From Candidatus Krumholzibacteriota bacterium (lineage in GTDB: Bacteria > Krumholzibacteriota > Krumholzibacteriia > LZORAL124-64-63): DNA of 28,493 nt. Every line of letters begins with the position of its first letter. The first letter of the stretch is position 1. The stretch covers positions 1 to 28,493 of the forward strand of contig JBDLKA010000040.1 of the NCBI GenBank assembly GCA_039714075.1. Direction: 5' to 3'. The position numbers and the translations under genes are program-made. This document shows positions 6,400 through 13,445 of the stretch, one piece after another. Below the pieces are notes generated by a model. It was not told the origin of the DNA. It was given only the letters and a program-made list of their open reading frames with translations, and searched no databases.

Positions 6400-8976
6400 T
6401 CAATTGGTGGTCACATTGGTCACGGTTTTACCCGCGATGCCGAGTTTTTCCATCTGCCGGTACAGGGTGCTGCGGCTGACGCCCAACAGTCGGGCCGCCT
6501 GGGCGCGGTTGCCGTCGGTCTCGGCCAGGGCCAGCAGGATACGGGACCGGCCCGTTTCCATTTTATCGTGCTGACGTGGTCCGCGGCCCGGCACGACCGT
6601 CAATTGGACGTGGCCCGGATCGGTCGCCCCGGAAATATTTCCCGGACCCTGGAAACACCAGACCCGATCATCGCCACCCCCGACTTCGACCTGGACACGG
6701 CCCCGGGACTCGACCTGGACCTTGGCCTGTCGGGCCACCATGGCGATTTCACGCACGTTGCCCGGCCACTCGTACCCGAGCATCAGGTCCAGGCTTTCCT
6801 GGTCGAAGAAATCCCGCAGCTCGACCGGCTGTCCCGACGCCAGGGTCAGGAAGTGGCGCAGCAACGGCAGGATGTCTTCGGTCCGGGATGTGATCGGAGG
6901 CAGTTTGAGTTCCAGGATCTTCAACCGGTAATACAGATCCGCGCGGAATTTCCCTTCGGCCACCAGCTTCTGCAGATCGGCGTTGGTCGCGGCGACCAGA
7001 CGGATGTTGGTCCGTCGCTGGGAAGGATCACCAATGGCCTGGTAGGTACCGTCCTGCAACAGGCGCAGCAGTTGCGGCTGCAGTTCCAGGGGCAGGTCGC
7101 CGATTTCATCCAGGAACAGGGTCCCGCCGTCGGCCTTGGCCGCCAGGCCGATGCCGTCGCGCTCCGCGCCGCTGAACGAGCCCCGCGTGTGGCCGAAAAA
7201 TTCCCGGGCAAAAATCGTCTCGGGAATGGCGGAAACATTGACGCTCACCAGTTCGGCCGACCGTCGGCCGCTCTGGCGGTGAAGGCGCCGCGCGAAAAGT
7301 TCCTTGCCGGTCCCGGTTGCCCCGGTGATCAGAACCGGTTCATCCGAGTCGGCAAAAGCGTCCGCCAACTGGATGAGATCCCGCATTCCGGGAGACACAT
7401 GGATGATGGGGCCGGCCTCGGCATGTTTCGGCCGGTTGCCGTGCAGGCGATCGGTGGCGACGATCATGCGCTCGGTCTTTTCCAGATCGGCCCGGCGGCC
7501 GGAAATGAGGGAGACCAGCTTGCGGGCCGCCAGGATCCAATGATCCACTTCCATCTTCAGGAACAGGTCCAGGGCGGACATGGACGCCTTCCAGGCCTCG
7601 TCCAGAAGGGTGGCCGGGTCCTGGCACAGGCCGCTGTCCAGCCGGGCCAGACGCGCCCGGGCCAGGGTCATCTGGGCCAGGCCCAGTTCATGGCGAGCCC
7701 CCACGCTCCGGAGCAGGCGTGTCGCTTCGACCGCGTGATGGGCCGCGGAATCGAGATCCCCGAGTCCCAGCAGGTTCTCCCCGAGGACACGGCGGACCAC
7801 GCCTTCCTCGTAACGATCACCCTGCCGGCGCGTCTTGGTCAGGGCGCTGCCCAGAACCGTCACCGCTTCGGAATGGCGGCCGAGTTTTTCCAGACACTCT
7901 CCCTGCCGGCGCAGGACTTCCATGACGATGTCGCCGTCCGGGGCAATGCTGCGGCCGATGGCCAGGGCGCGGCTGTAGTAGCGGCGGGCCTTGTCGATGG
8001 CGCCTTCGTCCCGGCAAACGTCACCCATGAACTCCAGGGCCAGGGCTTCCTCGCGCGAAAGCATCAACTGGTTCGCCACTTCGTAGGCCGTCATCAGCCG
8101 GTCGCGGGCCGCTTCGAAATGCCGCTGCAGACGCAGGGTGTTGCCCTGGGCAATGGCGCACCGGCACAGGCTGACCTTGGCGTCGACTTCCTTCAACAGA
8201 CGCGCGGCCGCATCCAACTCGGCCAAGGACCGGCCGAGGTGGCCCTGCTTGTAGAAGGCGATGCCGATGTTCATCCGGTTGCCGCCCATGTTCTTGAACA
8301 TGCCCAACTGCGTGTGCAGGTCCAGGGCGCGCCGGAACCACAGTTCGGCTTTCGGGTAATCGGCCGTCTTGAAGGTGATGACGCCCAGCAGGTTGGCGGT
8401 GCGGGCACATTCAAAATCACGATTCAGGACCTTGAAAATGGAATAGGCGGCTTCGGTATCATCCCGGGCACGGTCAGGATCGCCCAGATGGGTATAGGCC
8501 AACCCCCGCAAATACAGGAAATCCGCGATCACCGGTGGCAGGTTGTGACGGTGCGCATCGATGTACCGGGTGGTCTCGTCCACCACCAGAACGTAATCTC
8601 CCCGCTTGCAGGCGAAAGCCAGCTGGACGGCATCCAGTTCCGGTGATTCTTCCGCCACCATGCCCCACTTGCCGGCGGAGGCCTGCAGCACCTCGAAATC
8701 ATCGAACCTTTCCAGCTGGAAAAGATTCTTCGCGCACAGAACCACGGCGTCCTGCAACTTGGGAGCCGAGGGGTCGGGCACTAGGGACAACGGGGGCCGT
8801 TCCCCCGCGTCGACCTCGTCCAGGCAGCGCCGGGCGGCTGCGAGAGAGGCCTCATAGTCCTCTTTCAAATGTGCCTGCCAGGCTGTCTCCCAGGTCGAGG
8901 GATCAAGAAGGAGATCCTTCAGGGGACCGTCGCCAGAGCGAGCGACGATTCCAGGGCGAACTTTCTCAGGGCGCAT
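6400..8976 (-). CDS. Sigma54-interacting transcriptional regulator with N-terminal TPR array, AAA+ domain and Fis-type HTH
   Basis: Start ATG 8976 (GGGGGA RBS), 858 aa. About 7 TPR-like repeats (e.g. ANLLGVITFKTADYPKAELWFRRAL), Walker A GATGTGKE, GSFSGA loop, Walker B LFLDEIGD, RADLYYRL, WPGNVRE, HTH GNRAQAARLLGVSRSTLYR. Confidence 0.93.
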   Translation of the reverse strand: MRPEKVRPGIVARSGDGPLKDLLLDPSTWETAWQAHLKEDYEASLAAARRCLDEVDAGERPPLSLVPDPSAPKLQDAVVLCAKNLFQLERFDDFEVLQASAGKWGMVAEESPELDAVQLAFACKRGDYVLVVDETTRYIDAHRHNLPPVIADFLYLRGLAYTHLGDPDRARDDTEAAYSIFKVLNRDFECARTANLLGVITFKTADYPKAELWFRRALDLHTQLGMFKNMGGNRMNIGIAFYKQGHLGRSLAELDAAARLLKEVDAKVSLCRCAIAQGNTLRLQRHFEAARDRLMTAYEVANQLMLSREEALALEFMGDVCRDEGAIDKARRYYSRALAIGRSIAPDGDIVMEVLRRQGECLEKLGRHSEAVTVLGSALTKTRRQGDRYEEGVVRRVLGENLLGLGDLDSAAHHAVEATRLLRSVGARHELGLAQMTLARARLARLDSGLCQDPATLLDEAWKASMSALDLFLKMEVDHWILAARKLVSLISGRRADLEKTERMIVATDRLHGNRPKHAEAGPIIHVSPGMRDLIQLADAFADSDEPVLITGATGTGKELFARRLHRQSGRRSAELVSVNVSAIPETIFAREFFGHTRGSFSGAERDGIGLAAKADGGTLFLDEIGDLPLELQPQLLRLLQDGTYQAIGDPSQRRTNIRLVAATNADLQKLVAEGKFRADLYYRLKILELKLPPITSRTEDILPLLRHFLTLASGQPVELRDFFDQESLDLMLGYEWPGNVREIAMVARQAKVQVESRGRVQVEVGGGDDRVWCFQGPGNISGATDPGHVQLTVVPGRGPRQHDKMETGRSRILLALAETDGNRAQAARLLGVSRSTLYRQMEKLGIAGKTVTNVTTN

Positions 8977-9346
8977 TGTAATCCCCCACGCCAAGATCGA
9001 GCAGGCCGAGATCGGTATTGTCCACGACAATGATCCGGAGGATGACGATCCCACCCAGGTATTCGGGGACCACCAGTACCCGGAGCCGGCTGGAGCTGAA
9101 TCCCAGCAGGTCGAAGAATCGGGTCGTTGTGGAATCATTGTGGATGTCGCTTCCGCCACCGCCACCGCCGCCCACATCATTGGTGTCCAGGGGATCACCT
9201 TCACTGCCGTCGCCGGTGCCGCCGCCGCCCAGACTCATTTCCTTCTTGGCCAAAGCGCCCGTCGGAGCTAAAAAGCTCGCGACCAGGAAAGCGGGAACAA
9301 GCAACGACACGAGACGGCCAGACAATTTGGAGATCAATTTTTTCAT
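8966..9346 (-). CDS. Small secreted Gly-rich protein (126 aa), unknown function
   Basis: GGGAGGGAG RBS before ATG AAA AAA. Sec signal peptide ending ALA (residue 33). Stop overlaps the bEBP start by 11 bp. Confidence 0.8.
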   Translation of the reverse strand: MKKLISKLSGRLVSLLVPAFLVASFLAPTGALAKKEMSLGGGGTGDGSEGDPLDTNDVGGGGGGGSDIHNDSTTTRFFDLLGFSSSRLRVLVVPEYLGGIVILRIIVVDNTDLGLLDLGVGDYNAP

Positions 9347-9470
9347 GACTCCCTCCCAAGGGATTTGACCGGACCGTCGAGATTTAAGCTTATCCCGAGG
9401 GTTGAAATACACTAACAATCCGGGCAGGTCTATCAGGGGACGTTTTCTGAAGCTACGGAATTGGCGGAGG

Positions 9471-9509
9471 AAAGAAAAGAGGGCCGGTCCACTTTATGGT
9501 CCGGCCCTC
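9471..9509 (-). terminator. Intrinsic terminator after the receiver-domain gene
   Basis: GAGGGCCGG...CCGGCCCTC stem followed on the minus strand by TTTTCTTT. Confidence 0.75.
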
Positions 9510-9528
9510 GAAATCAAGCTGGGGGTTG

Positions 9529-10041
9529 TCAGGCGTGAACCGGGACCCACCGGGACAGTGCTTCGCGAAGGACTTCCGGTTCAAACGGCTTGTAGAGGAA
9601 GTCGTTGGCCCCCGCACGCTGGAATTCGTCAAGGCGGTCTCCGGGGTTGAACGAGGTCACGATCAGGATGGGTACGGGGCGAATGCGGTAGGGATGCTCG
9701 GGTGGAAGTTCGGCCTCCAGTTCGCGGATGGCCCGGCTGGCTTCCATTCCGTTCATGCCCGGCATGTTCATGTCCATGAGGACCAGATCGTAGCGTGCTT
9801 CAGGACAGCCGTCCCGGAACAGGGCCATCGCGTAATCCCCGGTGGTGGCGGGATCCACCTGGCAACCCATGCGTCCCAGCAAGCGGCTGCCCACGGCCAG
9901 GTTGACGGGTGCGTCGTCCACCAGCAGGATGCGCAGGGGGTGGGCGTCACGATCCACGCCGGGCACGTCGATTTTCCGGTCGCGAATGGATCCCGAACGG
10001 CGGCGGGGCAAGGGAGGATGATCTCTGAATCCTGGACACAT
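9529..10041 (-). CDS. Stand-alone response regulator receiver protein
   Basis: ILLVDD, DLVLMDMNMPGMNG (phospho-acceptor Asp), FLYKP. Start chosen at ATG 10041 (GAGG upstream); start uncertain. Confidence 0.88.
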   Translation of the reverse strand: MCPGFRDHPPLPRRRSGSIRDRKIDVPGVDRDAHPLRILLVDDAPVNLAVGSRLLGRMGCQVDPATTGDYAMALFRDGCPEARYDLVLMDMNMPGMNGMEASRAIRELEAELPPEHPYRIRPVPILIVTSFNPGDRLDEFQRAGANDFLYKPFEPEVLREALSRWVPVHA

Positions 10042-10151
10042 GGCGAACCTCGGTTTCCGGTCAGGGGAATAAGTTGCCTGCCCTGGAAATTTCGGCCGCA
10101 AACGGCGCTTTTTTAGTCGGAAATGAGGCTCGCAACACCGGCCGCACAACC

Positions 10152-10169
10152 GTTGCAATATTTTGCAAC
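10152..10169. promoter_or_regulatory. Palindrome GTTGCAA-N4-TTGCAAC in a divergent promoter region
   Basis: Perfect 7-bp arms, upstream of an extended -10-like TGgTACATT (10190-10198) for the AKR gene. Confidence 0.45.
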
Positions 10170-10237
10170 TACCGCCTGACCCGGACTCGTGGTACATTGT
10201 GCGGATTGTGAATCCCCAAATCCCTCAAGGAGTCGCC

Positions 10238-11266
10238 ATGGAATACAGGTTTCTGGGCAAATCGGGCTTGAAGGTCTCTGCCCTTTCCTTTGGCGCCTGG
10301 GTCACCTTCCAGGACCAACTCGACGTGGCCAAGGCCCATGAGTGCATGAAAACGGCCTTTGATGCCGGGGTGAATTTTTTCGACAATGCCGAAGTCTATG
10401 CCGGGGGGATGGCCGAGACCATCATGGGGCAGGTCATCAACAAGGCCGGTTGGCGGCGCAGCGACCTGGTGATCTCGACCAAGATCTTCTGGGGCGGTAC
10501 GCCCCAGGGTCCCGGGCAGCCGTTCAAATACGGTCCCAACGACCGCGGCCTGTCGCGCAAGCACATCATCGAAGGGACGGACGCCGCGCTCGAGAGGTTG
10601 GACCTGGACTACGTCGACCTCCTGTTCTGCCACCGGCCGGACATCGACACCCCCATCGAGGAAACCGTGTGGGCGATGAACCACGTGCTGCAGCAGGGCA
10701 AGGCCCTGTACTGGGGCACCAGCGAGTGGTCCGCCGCCCAGGTCCGCCGGGCCTACGACATCGCCCGGCGCGAGCACCTGATTCCCCCCACCATGGAGCA
10801 GCCCCAGTACAACATGTTCTGCCGGGACAAGGTGGAAACGGAATACGCTCCGCTATACGACGAGATCGGCCTGGGCACCACCATCTGGAGCCCCTTGGCC
10901 AGCGGTATCCTGACCGGAAAATACAATGACGGCATTCCCCAAGGTTCCCGCCTGTCGCTGGAGAACTACCAGTGGCTGCGGCCGGAGCTGGAAAGCGATG
11001 CCGGACGGGCCAAGGTGGAAAAGGTCAAACAGCTGATGCCCCTGGCCCAGGAACTGGGATGCACCATGGCCCAGCTGGCCATCGCCTGGTGCCTGACCAA
11101 CGATGACGTCAGCACCGTGATCACCGGCGCCTCCCGGCCCGAACAGGTGACCGAGAACATGACCGCGCTCAAGGTCGCCGAGCGGTTGACCCCCGACGTA
11201 CAGGAACGCATCGAAGATATTCTCGACAATCGTCCCGAGGGCGAGCAGAACTGGAGAGGAATGTAA
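10238..11266 (+). CDS. Aldo/keto reductase (Kv-beta-like AKR6 subfamily)
   Basis: [62 protein letters not shown]. Confidence 0.95.
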   Translation: MEYRFLGKSGLKVSALSFGAWVTFQDQLDVAKAHECMKTAFDAGVNFFDNAEVYAGGMAETIMGQVINKAGWRRSDLVISTKIFWGGTPQGPGQPFKYGPNDRGLSRKHIIEGTDAALERLDLDYVDLLFCHRPDIDTPIEETVWAMNHVLQQGKALYWGTSEWSAAQVRRAYDIARREHLIPPTMEQPQYNMFCRDKVETEYAPLYDEIGLGTTIWSPLASGILTGKYNDGIPQGSRLSLENYQWLRPELESDAGRAKVEKVKQLMPLAQELGCTMAQLAIAWCLTNDDVSTVITGASRPEQVTENMTALKVAERLTPDVQERIEDILDNRPEGEQNWRGM

Positions 11267-11268
11267 AC

Positions 11269-13422
11269 ATGAGGAAGGTCGTTCTGATCATGGCGATGAT
11301 GAGTATTCTCGGCGGTTGCGCCGATGACGGGTCCGGCGGCGGATCCACCGATACGGCGGCCACCACTGCCGAAACAGTTCAGAATCCGTTTTTCGAAGAG
11401 TGGGACGGACCCTTCGGGACCCCTCCTTTCGATAAAATCGAGATCGCGCACTACGAACCCGCCATGATGCGGGGCATGGCCGACCACAAGAAAGAGATCG
11501 CGGCCATCGCCCGCCATCCCGAATTCCCGAACTTCGCCAACACCATCGAAGCCATGGATTCCGCGGGTGCCCTGCTGACCAGGGTCGCCAACGTCTTCAG
11601 CGCCATGAACGGCACCATGACCAACGACGAGATGCAGGCCATCGCCAAGCGTCTGGCTCCTTTGCGCTCCCAGCACCGGGACGAGATCCTGTTGAACGCC
11701 GAATTGTTCGCCCGGGTCGACGCCGTCCACCAGCAGCGCGGCAAGCTGGGCCTGGAACCGGAACAGGATCGCCTCCTGACCGAGACCTGGAAACGTTTCG
11801 TGCGCGGCGGCGCCAACCTTTCCGAGATCGACAAGGACAAGCTGAAGACGCTGAACGAAGAGCTGTCCGTGCTGTCGCTGCAGTTCGGGGAAAACGTCCT
11901 GAAGGAGACCAACAAGTTCGAAATGGTCATCGAGAAGCAGGAGGACCTGGCGGGACTGTCGGCGGCCTCGATCGAAGCGGCGGGTGAAGCGGCCGCCAAA
12001 CGGGGGCATGAAGGCAAATACGTCTTCACCCTGCACAAGCCCAGCCTGATCCCCTTCCTGCAGTACAGCCCCAATCGCGAACTGCGGGAAAAGATGTTCA
12101 AGGGCTACACCAACGTCGGCGACAACGGCGACGAACTGGACAACAACGCCATCCTGGCGCGCATGGCTTCCCTCCGGGTGGAAAGAGCGAACCTGCTGGG
12201 CTTCCCCAGCCACGCCCACTACGTGCTGGACGACAACATGGCCAAGAATCCCGACAACGTCTACGAACTGCTGAACAAGCTGTGGACCCCGGCCCTGGAC
12301 CGGGCCAAGGGCGAGGCCGCCGAGTTCCAGAAGATGATCAACAAGGAGAACAGGAAGGCCGGCCGGTTCGAACTGGCGGCCTGGGACTGGTGGCACTACG
12401 CCGAAAAGGTGAAGAAGGCAAAGTACGATCTGGACGAGGAAATGGTGCGCCCCTACTTCGAACTGGAGAACGTCCGGGCCGGGCTGTTCGACACCGTCAC
12501 CAGACTCTTCGGCATCACCTTCACCGAGCGCCACGACATCCCCGTCTATCAGGAAGACGTGAAGGTCTACGAGGTAAAAGAAGCCGACGGCAGCACCGTC
12601 GCCATCTGGTACAGCGACTACTTTCCGCGCGAAAGCAAGCGCGGCGGCGCCTGGATGAGTTCCTTCCGCAAGCAGTACTACGACAGTAACCAGCGGGTCG
12701 TCCCGGTCATCTACAACGTGGGCAACTTCACCAAACCCACCGCCGACACGCCCGCCCTGCTGAGCGCCGACGAGGTGGGCACCATGTTCCACGAGTTCGG
12801 CCACGCCCTGCACGGCATGCTGTCGGACTGCCGCTACCGGACCCTGAGCGGCACCTCGGTGGCCCGCGACTTCGTCGAACTGCCCAGCCAGGTGATGGAG
12901 AACTGGGCCTTCGAACCCGAGGTCCTGGCCACCTACGCCAAGCACTACCAGACGGGCGAAGTGATCCCCGCCGCTCTGGTGGAGAAACTCGAGAAGAGCA
13001 AGCACTTCAACCAGGGTTTCGAAACCACCGAATACCTGGCCGCGAGTTTCCTGGACATGGACTGGCACACCCTCGAGACGACCGCCGAAGCGGACGTCGA
13101 CACCTTTGAAATCGAATCCATGGGCCGCATCGGGTTGATTGGCGAAATCGTTTCCCGGTACCGCAGCCCCTACTTCCGTCACGTGTTCGCCGGAGGTTAT
13201 TCTTCCGGGTACTATTCCTACGTGTGGGCCGAAGTGCTGGACGCCGACGCGTTCGAGGCTTTCAAGGAAGCGGGTGACATTTTCGATCCCGCAACCGCGA
13301 AGTCCTTCAGGGACAACATCCTGGCCCGCGGCGGGTCGGAGGAGTCCATGGACCTGTATCTGAAGTTCCGGGGCAAGGACCCGGAGATTGGTCCCCTGTT
13401 GGCAAGGAAAGGCCTGGACTGA
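11269..13422 (+). CDS. dcp: M3A metallopeptidase (peptidyl-dipeptidase Dcp-like), predicted lipoprotein
   Basis: HEFGH zinc motif, KRGGAWM, DFVELPSQVMENW, YSSGYYSYVWAEVLDAD; lipobox ILGGC at residue 17. Confidence 0.93.
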   Translation: MRKVVLIMAMMSILGGCADDGSGGGSTDTAATTAETVQNPFFEEWDGPFGTPPFDKIEIAHYEPAMMRGMADHKKEIAAIARHPEFPNFANTIEAMDSAGALLTRVANVFSAMNGTMTNDEMQAIAKRLAPLRSQHRDEILLNAELFARVDAVHQQRGKLGLEPEQDRLLTETWKRFVRGGANLSEIDKDKLKTLNEELSVLSLQFGENVLKETNKFEMVIEKQEDLAGLSAASIEAAGEAAAKRGHEGKYVFTLHKPSLIPFLQYSPNRELREKMFKGYTNVGDNGDELDNNAILARMASLRVERANLLGFPSHAHYVLDDNMAKNPDNVYELLNKLWTPALDRAKGEAAEFQKMINKENRKAGRFELAAWDWWHYAEKVKKAKYDLDEEMVRPYFELENVRAGLFDTVTRLFGITFTERHDIPVYQEDVKVYEVKEADGSTVAIWYSDYFPRESKRGGAWMSSFRKQYYDSNQRVVPVIYNVGNFTKPTADTPALLSADEVGTMFHEFGHALHGMLSDCRYRTLSGTSVARDFVELPSQVMENWAFEPEVLATYAKHYQTGEVIPAALVEKLEKSKHFNQGFETTEYLAASFLDMDWHTLETTAEADVDTFEIESMGRIGLIGEIVSRYRSPYFRHVFAGGYSSGYYSYVWAEVLDADAFEAFKEAGDIFDPATAKSFRDNILARGGSEESMDLYLKFRGKDPEIGPLLARKGLD

Positions 13423-13445
13423 ACCATGCCCACAGCCGGTGATTC

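Noticed and set aside
9020..9090. VPEY plus hydrophobic stretch as a PEP-CTERM sorting signal
   Set aside because: No second Pro, the hydrophobic run is interrupted by Arg, the tail is acidic rather than basic, and no exosortase is in the window.
8977..9204. N-terminal extension of the bEBP ORF (934 aa version)
   Set aside because: Overlaps the small secreted gene in another frame and looks non-coding; ATG 8976 has an RBS.
9149..9229. Small protein as a RiPP precursor
   Set aside because: No modifying enzymes or dedicated exporter nearby, and it has an ordinary Sec signal.
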